DNA of 63,618 nucleotides, filler included, from Folioceros fuciformis (Eukaryota), in assembly GCA_049999805.1 (NCBI GenBank). It is 5 parts of 5 records of this genome, joined end to end, with 100 filler letters (N's around TTAATTAATTAA, not from the genome) between each part and the next. Parts side by side here need not be neighbours in the genome. Positions count along the whole stretch, not along the records: positions 21,707 to 49,569 come from JBNGIO010005638.1; 4 more parts are not named here. One strand, given 5' to 3'. The notes beneath the pieces are model-generated. The model made no database searches. It was not told where the DNA came from and worked only from the letters and a program-made list of their open reading frames with translations. Of the stretch, positions 24,778-37,788 are shown in pieces. Numbering within the stretch: position 1 is the first letter of the stretch; the number at the start of each line of letters is the position of its first letter. The translations under genes were made by a program, and so were the position numbers.

Positions 24778-27128
24778 TCATGTACCGAAGCTTCGATCTC
24801 CAGCATCTCCGAGCCCAGGCAAAATGTATCTGCATGAAGAAATCCGACGCTCAAGTTATCGACAGCCTCGATTGCGTCAGAAGGTTCTTCAAGGACTGGT
24901 CTTGCAATCAAATAATACCCTTGATCGTTCAGCTCTGGGTCGATGGCGCCTGTGTACACGCGCAGGCTGTAGTGACAAAGAGGAGGACAACCAGGTACTT
25001 CAGCAATTGCAGGGAGGCGACAACAAATCAAGAATCAGAGAGGCCCACAACCAACCCAGGGAATTTTTCGCTAAGTTTTGTCAGAGCTGGAGGTGCAGCC
25101 ACGGCAGATATCTGCAACACCACATTAACAGGAGACGATTGTTGTCAACTCTCACAAGACACGTAGACTGTCATAACTACATCGAAATAACATACATACC
25201 ACACGAATAAGCTTGTGATCCACACCACGGCTCTTCAGCTCGTCTATGGCAGCTACCATTGTACCTCCTGGAATACCCACCTCAACATAAATTCTTGCTC
25301 TTCTCAGCTCTTCAACTTTACTACTTCTGGACTAAATAGGAGAAAACAGGAATTACCTGTGGCAAGCATGGGATCTGTAATAAGCACACGAGAACCCTCA
25401 GAAAATGTGCCTGGCAACCTGCACACAGTTCTTGAGATAAGTGCACCGTGCACAAAGGGATTTTTGAGGACTTTCCGAACATACTATGCCTTGTTCTAAT
25501 TGTGGGGCTAGCTACAAAAGGGAGAGCTAGGGCCAAATCCTTGCCGTCAATGCAAACATGAAACAACTATAAGAAAACCAGTAACCTAGAAAGAAACTAA
25601 GCCCTCGAATTTCGCCATACTTGTTCAGGTAGCAGGTTGGTTGCAGGGTTACTTCATCCCGGGCATATCCTGAGAAGAATACGACAGATACAACCTATCA
25701 GATTCAGGCTTGAAGGATAACCGCACCGCACAAGTTCGTTCCTACACTCATACGCCACACATTTCGTTTCATCTGCAAGTGGCTTACTATAAATCAGAGG
25801 TGCTCGGTGACTTGCAGACCTAAGTGGTAGGTCTGAGTTGAGGGCAACACAGAGGATATTAGCTCGGCAAGTACAAGACCAGCTCTCAGAATTGGAACGA
25901 CCTGCATTACGACAGTTTCGTAGAAAACCAATCGCAAGCAAAAAGATAACTCAGAATAGAATGGACCGGCCATAGTCCGAACGCAAAAGGTAGAGCAACG
26001 ATGGACAGAAAACCGGCACATATTGTCACCTTTACGGGCTCCCTCGGGTCAATGAACTCGACATTAGCGACACCAAGTGGCGTCTGTATTTCACCAGTAA
26101 CTGTGACCTGTGACAAGGGTGGTGAGAGACGAGCCGGGAGACAAGATGCTTGGCACATCTTTCAGGAAAGAACTGCAAGTTCCGTCTGCCATCTTACCAG
26201 CCAGTCTCTGGACGCTTCATATATCAGCAACCTCCCAAGCTCTGCCAACGCATTTCCTGCGGAGAAAGAAACTCACCACGTCACCACTCTACGGGTACTA
26301 TGTGTAACAATAAACTCAGAATAACAGGTCGACGAAGTTTGATTCAGAAGCTGTAGACGCAAACCAGCCATGACCCCGTGGACCGAGACTTACTGAACAT
26401 GGGACTTGGAGTGTACTCATTCCGTAGCACAGATATCCAGTGCTTTATAAGGGGGTGTGGCGGCACAAAGACCTGACAATCCGCCAAAGACTGATCAAAC
26501 TCCCGACACACGCTGAAGCAAACCCTACTGCACCCAAGTAACAAGACAGATACGACTGAGTCGCATCCCCCACCATGAACCCGGTAAGCGCTCCATACCA
26601 AAAACTGATCGGTGCCCGTCTGCGGAGTTGCCGATTTGGCAACTGCGCACCTTGCACCATGCTGTCCCCTACGAGGCCTAAAAATTGACCCACTCCAGAC
26701 TCCAGCCGGGGCCATGATACCCAAGGATTTCGAACATTTCCCCTGCGGTAAGTAAGATGTTTTCCCGGAAAACGGTCAAGTCCCAGCACACAAAATCCTG
26801 GAAGCCAGAACACCGTGAGGGCCAGGCATCCAGACAGAAGTGATGCTAACAAGTTGCTGCTTGCTGCCCTGCTGTTATCGGAACGAACACAGCTGATGAT
26901 GCAAGCTGGGATCGAGAAACCCCAGTTGAACGCATCATACGTGCGCACGGGGGAGAAGGATTTGCAAAGAGTTGCGGGCCACACCTGAGTTGGCGAAGAA
27001 GGGCCCGTTGCACTCAAGCTGACCGGAAATGAAGGCGAAGACGAGGAGGAGAGAACCGAGAAGCTGGCGAGACCATGCCTGCTAGGCAACGACGACAGCG
27101 CGGGAGCCCAAACCGGAATGCAGGCCAT
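24778..27128 (-). CDS. UPP: Plastid uracil phosphoribosyltransferase (multi-exon)
   Basis: Ser-rich transit peptide; exons VFVPPHPLIKHWISVLRN, RNALAELGRLLIYEASRDWL, VVPILRAGL, VLITDPMLATGGT (PRPP loop), VYTGAIDPELNDQG and YILPGLGDAGDRSFGT*. Confidence 0.93.
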
Positions 27129-27684
27129 GCGTGCCGTATCCGATCAGGCAGCACCTGCTTCAGTAGGGGAGGAGAAGAGTTAACCCAATCGAAGCCAATA
27201 GCAAATCCGAATACAAGAGACCACCCGAGCCTCTCACCTCTCCCTTCACCCTATTACCTACTACATTTGTATCTACGGCTGATGCATGGTAATACATATG
27301 TACATTTTGTATAGAGAGTGAAGTAAACCTGTAGCAAGCGCAGTTCTTCGGTTCTACGCCACGCTCCATGGCCCGGCTTCCTTTGTAATCTTCACCTTTT
27401 GGCTGTGTTGTATGTAGAGAGGATACAGCCTCGAAATTGGGATGTGGGCTGTATGTGTTGTTATATTGGTAGATGCGAGCTCTACTTTCTCAAGCTATAC
27501 TATGTTTGTGACGAAGACCTGGGAGCTGCGGATCCTGCCTCGAGCTGTGACCGAGGACCCGATTTCCTGACCATCGCATCACTGTTTTCAGCAAATTGCG
27601 GACGTCATCGTGGACGCTCTCCTATCTCTGTTTAAGCAGCCTTGTTCTCTGCCCAGGTTGTGTGCGCGTCGGACGAAGGGAGCC

Positions 27685-30600
27685 ATGGCAGATGATTCAC
27701 GAAAGACCGTAGGCCAGTACTGGCTGATCCATAAGATAGGGGCTGGCTCCTTCGCTGAGGTGTGGAAAGCTCAGCATATGACGACGGGAGATGTGGTAGC
27801 CATCAAGGAGATCAAAACCGACAGGCTTGATGTCAAATTGAAGCAGAGCCTCATGTCGGAAATTCAGATTCTTGAGAAGATTACCCATCCTAACATCGTC
27901 CGTTTGCACGATACAATTCACGTGAGTTCCAATCTCACTGTTGATTATGTGGAGCAGAGGGCACCAGCATATGCAAGGAGAATCCGCCAGAGGTTGGACT
28001 TTGGCTCTTGTTCGCAGCTCGTGCTGACGGCACCCTTTGTGGTTGACGTCCTTCAGGCCTCCGACCGGATTTACTTAGTGTTGGAATATTGTGCTGGGGG
28101 TGACCTTGCTCGACACATTGACCGGAAAAGGTTTTCGCAGACCGTTGTCAGGAACATCATGAAGCAACTAGGTTGGTGAAGTTTTGTCTGTCCCCCCATT
28201 TTCTTATCAGTTGTTCGTGTGCGGAATGGAGCAGGCCCGTAACGTAGAAATCTTCTACAGTGTGATCATCTTTGAGCTATGTGTGAGCTATTATTATCAG
28301 ACCACTTATGGGTGAAGGGGCTTCTCAGGTGCTGGTTTGCAGGTCCTTAGAGCTAAAAACTTGATTCACAGAGATTTGAAGCCTCAGGTGTGCAACCCAA
28401 CTATTTCTTCGCAGATGCCATGACTTTGTACCTTTGTAAATGTTGGTGCATCTGTGGGCCGTTTGGAAACCTGCGCGTGTGTTATTAGGGATTGGTGGCC
28501 CAGAACTTAACTTGCACCCTTGTGCAGAACCTTCTTCTGACAAGCAATGATGATGACGCTGTGCTGAAAATAGCTGACTTTGGATTTGCAAGGTGGGAAT
28601 GTTCGGATTCGGATGTTAACACTTCGTAGCTCTTGTGTATGTTGTGTGCACTTTATCATCTGTTGTATTCTTCATCCAGCTAATTGCATAATGTGGTTTG
28701 CAGGTCGTTACAGCCTCAAGGCTTAGCTGAGACCCATTGTGGTTCACCTTTGTACATGGCACCGGAAATTTTGCAGCATCAAAAGTATGACGCCAAGGTA
28801 GTTTTGTAGGCAGGCTAGAATTCTGTCCTCCTGACCTTTTTTACTCAACAAAACTATGCGGCCAAATCAAGTGATGCGTATCAAGAGTGAAGGCCATTTG
28901 ATTTCAACCTTTGTGGCCTTTGCCGTCTTTTTTTTTCATTGTTGCCCGTTTCTCTTGCAGGCAGACCTTTGGAGTGTAGGGGCTATTCTATTTCATTTGA
29001 TGATCGGACGCCCACCGTTTCCTGCTGCCTCTTTGCCGGAGGTAAAGTACGACCGGGATGTGAAAAATTGACGGCTTCACGACTTCTATACAGGCAGTTT
29101 CCTCGCAAAAAGAAGTTGTTTCCTTGCGCGTGCTGGGAGTTTTGAGCTTGAATCAAGTGATTTGTAATTCAAGTGATTGATCCTTCTTGGCTGCTTTTGC
29201 AGCTGATGAAAAACATAAAACATTCAAAGTTACTCTTTCCAGAAAATCTCTTGAAGGAGTTCCATCCTGATTGTGTTGACCTGTGCCGCAAGTTGCTTTG
29301 CCAAAACCCTGGTAGGTTCGTTGTTCATATTTGACTTTGATGTTCTTCCTGCATGGCCTTTCTATAAACTGGGTGTTGTCTTCTCTTGTCTTCCAGTGGA
29401 GCGCCTTTCTTTTGAGGAATTTTTTAATCACCCTTTTATGCGAGCTGAAAGGTCCACCCTTAACCCCTGATTCCTGCCTCTTTCACACATACGTTGTCAG
29501 GTCATATAATTTCTAACTGTTTGTGGTTGTTATCACAGGGTTGAGGAAGTCGGTGAACAAGCTGCTAGTGCTCCAGTTGTAGCTTTACAAGCTCACAAAT
29601 CTGATAGCGTAGCTTCCTTGGCGAACGATGTTGGTCATTTTCCAATGACAGCACCATCAACTACAGTGGTGAAGCAACCAAGCTGTGTAGATACATTTCC
29701 ATACTCGGTGCAGACTGGAACCATTTCGGGCGAAAGGACATATGTGAACAAACAGGGCACTGCAGCAGTTGATTCTCGTCCAAGATCAGGTTCTTGGTCT
29801 TCAGACAAACACCATCCTACTAGCAGCAGCAGAAATAGATCCCGGGCTGTAGAGATCCGGCAACCAGGAGTTTCCATTGGTCACCGAAGTTCATTAAGGG
29901 ATGGAGAAGATGACTACCTGTGTGGAGGCACGTCTAGAGGAGGTAAGGTGCGATGCCTTTGTATAATTAAAATGTGTTTTGTATGCAGTGGGCAAAAATT
30001 GTGCTGACGTGTCAAGTTTGCTGTGCAGGGACTCTAGTGGATTCCATGGAGTCTATTGAACGTGATTATGTTCTGGTAGCTTCATCAATGGCAACCAACG
30101 AAATGATGCTAAGCCTACCTGCTGGGGACAGATGCCTGAGTAAAGGTGAGGGCTCGTCACAAGCCAACTTTTCTTGTGTCAGAGTGACTGGATCTGCAAG
30201 TCCGCGAGAAAAACCTGGGATGAGCGTTTACAACCAGGCGTTCCCTCCTGTAACTGTGTCTCCTCAAGAAAGGCAGATTGAAACCACAATATATCCACCT
30301 CAAAGGTTGGATTCCCTAAAGCGATGTGCTGAAGTTATTGCAAAGTTGGCCACAGAAGAGGTAATTCTGATGACTCTGCCGTCCTTGTCGGTACGTCTTG
30401 CCCACTGTGGCTTGGTGGGTTGTTGAGGTGAGGTGCTGTCAGTTTTATGCAGGGCAACCCCTCGCAGCTTTCTCGATCCATCTTGTTTGCCTATCCATTT
30501 GGAATGAAGCATTACAGATATGCCACGCTTGGGCCAAGGAGGGGAGACAGTTTGAGGTGCCTGAGGATGTTGGGAGCCCTGATCTGGAAGCCGTCAATGT

Positions 30601-31180
30601 AGATAAGCAACAGGAGACTTGCTCAGCAGTGGAGAAAGAGTATGTAGCAGCTTGTGAGCGAGGGGAAGCTCTTGCCACACGCCTGAGTGGTATCGATGGT
30701 ATTGCGAGACAACGGCCCTTGACTTGTTGTTCAATCGATCGACTGTTGCTTGTAGGGTTGCGCAAGTCTACTGACGGCCTGTCTGCTAACTGTGCAGGTG
30801 CCGACCGTGTGCCAGATGCTGTGGAACTCATCTTTCAAGCGGCGGTAGCCGCGGCTCGAAATGCAGCAGTAAGTTGAGATTTGTTCATGCCACTCAAGCC
30901 CGCACATGATACCACGCTCTTCACTCGATTTGCACATGGCATCTGGTTTTTGCAGGTTCATGATGTGCTGGGGAACAATTCCAAGGCATGGATGTCGTAT
31001 GATAAAGCTGCCACGCTCCTCCATTTCCTGAAGGAAGAAGCGCCTTCACTGCCTCTGAACCCTCCTCTTGTATTGGGTCCCTCGGAAAGAACTTGGTTGA
31101 CTGAAACGTTACACCGGGTAGCTGAAAGGCAGTCTCACTTTGTCACAAACACAAGCAGGCTAAGTATCACCCCTCAATAG
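27685..31180 (+). CDS. ATG1: Autophagy Ser/Thr kinase ATG1 (multi-exon)
   Basis: [77 protein letters not shown]-like motif [15 protein letters not shown]-like C-terminal region ([10 protein letters not shown]). Confidence 0.92.
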
Positions 31181-31297
31181 CATCTAGTATCACCCCTCAA
31201 TAGCCATTTAGTATCACCCTCCATAGCGTTTAGCATCACCCCTCAATAGCCATTTAGTATCACCCTCCATAGTGTTTAGCATCACCCCTCAATAGCG
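31163..31297 (+). repeat. Minisatellite, 6 copies of 22-24 bp, overlapping the ATG1 stop codon
   Basis: Unit AGYATCACCC(C)TCMATAG followed by a short variable tail, six times. Confidence 0.9.
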
Positions 31298-32085
31298 AAC
31301 CTATTTGCGCTCTACAGAGTAGAAGGAAAGTGGATCCTAGTCGATAACAAGCTGACTTTAGTTGACAGGCAAACACTTCAATAATGTGCAGTGATCTCTA
31401 TGTACCTGTAAGCATTTGATGTAGGAAACACCTGTATTCTTCCATGTAACATACTCCTAGCAGTTTTATTTTAATAAAGTCTATATTCCGTAGATATGGT
31501 GTAAGTATTTCCATCTCTATCTACACCATCTTTAGAAGCTTAATGCATTGTTAGTTACGAGGTCCCCGTATTTTGTGAATGAAGGCAGACATCTCATAAA
31601 ATGATGCTCTCCACTCACTGACCACTGATAGCACATGACAAGTTATTTACATGAGCAACTCATTCACAACTTACATGAATGAATAGCTAAGTATTTTCTA
31701 TTATTGAATGAATTGCTCATGCAAGTATTTCATTAAATGACCTATACCCTACAAACACTAATATTATAACATGGAAATAGATAAGCATGAACAACAATCA
31801 AAGAGTATAATTTTGATCATAATTATAAAATATTAGTAAATCTCTAACCCTAAAATTTAAGAAAAAAAAGTTATTTGAAGAAGAGTGCTTGTAGTTCACC
31901 ATGCCCTACAAGGAATTTGCCTGAAAAGGCACAAGGTCCGAGATTGAGAACATAATCCCATTTTAGATGTTATGAAATAGAGCCAGCTCATGGGTAGTGT
32001 ACTCTTGTAAACGGATCAAGCGGTTTTCTTCAGGGCCGTGTCCAAAGGAATAAAACTCACATCTGCTGTTGGAAGTTTGAACCGA

Positions 32086-32303
32086 GCGGCAAATTTGAAG
32101 TTCGAACTGACCCGCGCAAAATGGGCGGGCTGTTGTGAGACACCCAAGGATTGAGTAATTAGAAGGCCCGTCCCGATCCGTATCCCAGGCGCGGCTTCCA
32201 CGTGGGATAGCCGAGCCTTTTGCGTGGTTCGGTTTTCTCCCAGCTGGACACCGAACCTGTACTCCACGTCACCGATCCCGTCTTGCCTTCCGGTTCTATA
32301 AAG
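32086..32303 (+). promoter_or_regulatory. S-phase histone promoter: E2F-like site, type I element, TATA box
   Basis: GCGGCAAATTTGAA at 32086 (TTTGCCGC on the minus strand). CCACGTCACCGATCCCG at 32264 is close to the plant histone type I element CCACGTCANCGATCCGCG. TATAAA at 32297. Confidence 0.7.
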
Positions 32304-32436
32304 CAGCTTCGCTTCCCCTTCCTTCTCCACTTCGAGTGTTTTCAGCTTACGCTTTCCCTGCTGCCTGTTTCCGCTGCTGTGCGCCGCCAGGTTTCCTTGT
32401 GCTCGCTCTGCCGTATCTGTTCGCGAGGGTTCTGTC

Positions 32437-32844
32437 ATGGCTCCCAAGTCTGATGAGCAGAAGGCCGGCAAGGGCAAGGCCGAGAAGAAGCCGATGAAGC
32501 CCAAGGGCGAGAAGAAGCCGGCCTCCATGCCGAAGGAGGGTTCCAAGAAGAAGAAGGTGAAGAAGAGCGTTGAGACGTACAAGATTTACATCTACAAGGT
32601 GCTCAAGCAGGTGCACCCCGATACTGGTATCTCTTCCAAGGCTATGGGGATTATGAACTCTTTCATCAACGACATCTTCGAGAAGCTGGCCCAGGAGTCT
32701 GCGAAGCTTGCACGCTACAACAGGAAGCCTACTATAACTTCACGGGAGATACAGACTGCTGTGAGGCTGATTCTGCCTGGAGAGCTGGCCAAGCATGCTG
32801 TGTCTGAGGGAACGAAGGCTGTCACCAAGTTCACAACTGCTTAG
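32437..32844 (+). CDS. H2B: Histone H2B, intronless
   Basis: [57 protein letters not shown]; complete 135-aa ORF. Confidence 0.99.
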   Translation: MAPKSDEQKAGKGKAEKKPMKPKGEKKPASMPKEGSKKKKVKKSVETYKIYIYKVLKQVHPDTGISSKAMGIMNSFINDIFEKLAQESAKLARYNRKPTITSREIQTAVRLILPGELAKHAVSEGTKAVTKFTTA

Positions 32845-32869
32845 GGCGCCCAAGCTCCAACCCTTTTCT

Positions 32870-32901
32870 GGTGTTTTTGAACACCACCACTTCAGAGGGA
32901 A
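32870..32901 (+). terminator. Putative histone 3' stem-loop with purine-rich downstream element
   Basis: GGTGTT-TTTG-AACACC (6-bp stem, 4-nt loop), then ACCAC, then AGAGGGAA; starts 25 nt after the H2B stop. Confidence 0.7.
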
Positions 32902-33426
32902 CTTTGACGCTTCATACTGACTATTGAACATGCTGTGCTGTTTGCAACTTGTCCTTGGCTCACCTTCACCGCTCTGTGATATTCATTTCGTTCGTCCGCT
33001 CGCGGTAGGATTCATGTTCTTGGCGGGGTATAGGAACTTGTAGATTGCCGTCGCTTAAAGTCAGCTTCCCATCAGTCGTCTTAGGCGTCTCTGATCTCTG
33101 AGAGTGGGGATCGGTTGTAACAGGTTAGAACATGCAGGTAGGATAGGTTGTCACAGGTAAGCACTGAGCAGTCGCAAAGAAAGGATACTGTGTTGAACAC
33201 ATCTTTCCAACTTTCAAGTGAAATTTAAATTGGCTTCTAGTGTCTCAGTATGCACTGGCCGCTGATTTTGTGCTATTTATGAATCATGTTGAAAGCTTTA
33301 TATGTAGATAGAAGGCATAAATGTACATAGACTTATAGAAGCCGTGCAACAGCAAACCCTGACTACATGGGTGCAATTGTGACCCTTTTTTCATTCGAAG
33401 TCCTGTTACCGCTCCAATTTTTCAAA

Positions 33427-35932
33427 TCACTCTCTGATACTGTCATATCGTTTGCCCCTGGATCCTGGGCAAAGCAACAGCTCTTTATCACACTCTGAAC
33501 GCATACGGTTCGGTAGATAGGAGTAGCACATCAAACAGGTGACATCACAGCGCTCTGTTCTTACCAGAGAAGTATTCAGTGATGTAGATAGCCAGTGTTG
33601 CTTCTTTGCAAATTGCTTTGCCCATGTGTCAACGATGACGAGGGCGCATGCATCTCCCCATATATTAACAGATGTTCGGAACATGCCAAGGAACCAATCG
33701 ACTGCATACAGAATTGAGACATCGGGGATGTACTGGCTTAAGCCAAGAGCCTGCACAACAAACTGGTTACACACTGCAGGAGCTACGAAGGACAATCAGG
33801 AATTTCATCATACAAAACCATCACATAACATTTATGTTCCTGAAACCGAACTGACTCTGGCAATGGACCTGTAGAACTGTGATCATTGAGACGAGGGCCC
33901 CATTGGGAATGGAAGCTGCGCCGATGGCCGCAAGGGTGGATGTGAGCGCTACGACGAGCACATTTCCAACAGACAGCTCATAGCCATGTGCCTAGCCACA
34001 CCGTCCATGTTGTCAATTGTTGAGTTCCAGAACTTTCTGCCAATGATGGCATCACAACGGGAATACTTTCTTACCTGCAAGATGAAGATGACTGACACGG
34101 CTTCATACAATGCGGCTCCATCCCGGTTGATATTTGTGCCCAGAGGAATAACAAACTTGACAATACTTGGTTCACAACCATGATCCTCTCCACATTGCAT
34201 GGTCACAGGCATTGTCGCTGCGCTGGAAGAAGTTCCCAATCCCATAACAAGGGCAGGCATAAATGACCTGCGATGCATAAAAAAAACAATTCTCCGAAAT
34301 TAGCATGCGCAGTTGGAAAACCGTTGGATTCAACTGATCACCATCCTGGACTTGAGCAGAGGCTCACCGGAAGACTTTGATGCAGTTGCTCCGGGATAAC
34401 AGGAACAGCGTGATTGGTAATATCACAGTCGAATGCAATAGAAACCCAACCATGACAGTGCTCACATATAGCCCCAAGGCCCTCAACAAAAGGAGGACGC
34501 TGCATGCCTTCAGTATCGTACTTGCTATGAGAGATGCCACACCAACAGGCGTAGCTGCGATTACTACAAATATCTGCAAACGGAGTCTGAAGTGTAACTT
34601 GGCCGCAAGCCCTTCTACTTCAAGTTGATCACAGAATTCTGGCAATCCTTGAGACGTTGATACTCACAATCCTAAGAATGACGTCATTGCAGAGTTCAAT
34701 CAGCTGTATTAAGGGCTCCGCGCGTTCCCCTGAAAGTGCCAGCAAATTTGTTGGATGATAGGATAAGAGGAAGATATCGAGCAAGAATGGCAGAGAGACA
34801 GAGCACCTTCCTACGCACATCATTCCAGTCCATCTAGAAAGGTTATGCTCTTACCAATTGTATTCAGTGTGAAGGCAAAGAGTATGGAAAAGAAAATCAC
34901 GCCGAGATAGTTCGTCTCCGCAGCAGCTGCAACAATGTTGGTGGGAATGAGATCCCGACCGATGTTCAGCAGTGATTCTACTGTCGATCCATCTGCAGCT
35001 GAGCTTTCCCTGCAGAGTGAACAGCTGCGTGAGAGAAAAGGGTGCAGAGATCAAACACCCTGCTCACATGGCATGCTTTGACAGCTTGGTGATCAGTTTG
35101 GGAGGGCTCTTACGACACCGACTGGACACCTGAATTCTTCTGAGAACAGGCGGCAACACCATCACCACTGAAGGGCTCACTTCTTCCCGGCCTGATAATG
35201 TAAACCAAACCGATGCCAAGGCCCACTGCCAGCAACATGGAAAGCAGATAGTACAGAAGTGACCATCTGGTTATCCGCCCTGTTCTGCCAAAAATAGAGC
35301 CAAGATTTCGGGCAGAGTCAGCAAAACGTGGACCGAAACTAGAAAAATCTCCTCCTCCACGGGAGGCCTCATGACCTTGTCCGAAAGCTTCGAAATGGAC
35401 AGTACCCGCTAGAAGAATGCCTCAAATTTAGCACGCCAGTCATGAGAGCGAAGACGATGAGAGGCAGCACCAGCTCCTGCAGAGCTCGGATCAGCAGCTC
35501 CCCAGGGTAACCTGCACAAACGGCCAGGGATGGGTACCGGATCCAGCCCTGCCAACGGGCGATCGGGACCAAGAAACGCGGTCTGGCATATGGTGTGGCC
35601 TACCGATGAGCTCCACTGCGCGCTCGGAGAGGCTGGCATTGGAGAGAGCAGCTCCAAGGGCAATTCCCAATCCCACCCCTCCCAAAGTCCACCAGATCAG
35701 CTTGTCCATCCGGAACCATCGTTTCTGAATCCGTCGGAGCAGATGCGTCTCGTGGCCCGCTGTGGAGAGGAGAGGAGAGGTGTGAGGTTGGGCCAAATTA
35801 GATGCAGCTATGTCAGTAAAAGGACAGGCCCGAGTCCACCAATTGAGAAGCTGAGCAGAGCAGAGGCTGGGCTGAGGTGACCTGACCTTCCCCCAGAGGT
35901 GAGTAGACGATCTCACTGGCCTGATCGCCCAT
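33427..35932 (-). CDS. Dicarboxylate/amino acid:cation symporter (SLC1/DAACS, EAAT/GltP family), multi-exon
   Basis: GYPGELLIRALQELVLPLIV, ATPVGVASLIA, LGTSSSAATMPVTMQC, FVIPLGTNINRDGAALYEAV, LAAIGAASIP and AVDWFLGMFRTSVNIWGDA are SLC1 signature motifs. Inferred start MGDQASEIVYSPLGE; 3' end approximate. Confidence 0.9.
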
Positions 35933-37451
35933 GCTGGCGACGTTGTCGACGCCAAGTCTCGCATGAGAAACCGTGCAATTATTGGCATCATTACAAGGCT
36001 AGGCAGTGTGATGAGGAGGGTCTGCGAGGCATGACAGTTTTCACACGGCACCACCTGCACGCAGGGCTGCCGCCCTGTTCGCCCATGCCCATGCCCATGC
36101 CCATGCTGTCTTCCACCCCTTCAGCTTCAGATTCGCATAAAATATCGTGGAGAGGGCATTTGCATCTGCCACACTCGCCTTTTCACACTTTAGTCAAATC
36201 ACGTCTCGAGAACTGGATCCCACATTCGCCTACTTAGCTTGCCTTCATCCCACACAACCGTACAAAAGTGTTTGGCCAATACCAAGCGTGTACAAAGTGC
36301 ACTGCAGGCAACTAATGTCCAATGCTAATAAATATTAAATCAAGTCTTTTAAACTCGAACATGGATATTTTTTCTTATCATATCCAATGCAACAACATAT
36401 GAGAACCTTATTGCTTCCTTCCTTATTCATTTACCATAACCGCTTATGTTGTAAGTGATCGACATTAAGAAACCTTCATAAGAGTTTTGGTGCATATGGG
36501 ACACATTACTTTGGATCTATCAAGTGAGAGCACACATCTCTTTGTCTTTGTTTTCCAAGCATGTCACCATTTGTCTACTGGACTTGCTATCAATTCTTCA
36601 CGAGCAATCACATCGTGCTATAGCCAATCAAAGTGCAAAATCGTCTCTCAACCTAGTCCAATTCAAACTAGTATGCTGTGAACGTATCCTAAGTTTGAGG
36701 AGAAGGACAAGAAGCATGAGGGGAAAAGGTATAATGTACAATTTGTTGCTCTTGTTTGCTACACCTCGAGAAAGTTGCAATATCCTTAGGCTTTGCAATA
36801 GGCCTAGAACAACATTATTGCTTCGGAGAAGTGCAACAAGACATGCAGTGAATGCATTTTTTTCACAATGGCCAAAAGAAGAACACAATTAGGGACATTC
36901 CAAGGATGAAACATTAGACATGTGCAATCAACTACCCACTCTAATATGCAAGTGAGACAAAAGCTTTTGGTGGAGAGGAAGACAGAAAAAGAGGAGTAGT
37001 TCAACCTGATGCATGTGAGGGAACTATTAAGATGAAAAGATTAAGTGTGCGAACAAAGAGACACAAACCAAAGGTGGACATTGTCAAGCTTAGAGGGGAG
37101 AAGGTGAGATGAGCAAATTGCTAGTTCCAAGAATGAACCAAAAATGAAACATGTTGCAAGAGACCTATATCCTTGTGTCCAAGCATCCATAGCACCCATC
37201 AAAGAATTCAACTAACTATGCAAATGCAAAGCTGCATGAACAAAAAGGGGGCCGAGTTGAAGAAGAGCCATGACTTAGGGCAACAAATTTGGACTAGCAT
37301 GCATGCAAGTGCAATAGAAGGAGCTGCTAGATGATTACAAGTTAAAACAAAAGTGGACATGGGTTCAAAGGACTATCACATCTTCTTAAGGTGTTAATCC
37401 TTACACATGATTTGGATTAGAATGGTCTTGTACGACACACCAAACACCAAA

Positions 37452-37670
37452 ACTAGTTGTGTGACCTGATCTTCATTGTGCAACCACTAGTCGTGCGACC
37501 TCACCTTCATTGTGCAACCACTAGCTGTGCGACCTAACCTTCATTGTGCAACCACAAGTTGTGCGACCTAACCTTCATTGTGCGGCCACTAGTTGTGCGA
37601 CCATTAGTTGTGGGGCCCAAACTCCATTGTGCTACCACTAGTTGTGTGGCCTGAACTTCATTGTGCCACT
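37452..37670. repeat. Tandem repeat, about 6 copies of 34 bp
   Basis: Unit ACTAGTTGTGCGACCTAACCTTCATTGTGCAACC with variants. Confidence 0.88.
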
Positions 37671-37788
37671 TGACGCTTTTGACTAGCAATTCCATTGCTG
37701 GCATCGGCCAATACAGTTGTTTACAAATCACAATGAGCGCACCCCAAAAGACAAGATATCATTTGCACTAGATTTTAGTTAGTGTCAT

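Noticed and set aside
32022-32037. Second histone-like hairpin GGTTTT-CTTC-AGGGCC upstream of H2B
   Set aside because: It needs three G-U pairs, lacks the ACC 3' flank, and no histone ORF precedes it; likely chance or an unrecognisable relic.
32016-32616. Long antisense ORFs over H2B (similar shadows over the GALS, RING and LRR ORFs)
   Set aside because: Shadow frames produced by the codon bias of the sense gene.
37452-37670. Short direct-repeat arrays (also 18933-19081, 31163-31297, 60679-60811) as CRISPR-like
   Set aside because: Units are head-to-tail without unique spacers, there are no cas genes, and the context is eukaryotic.
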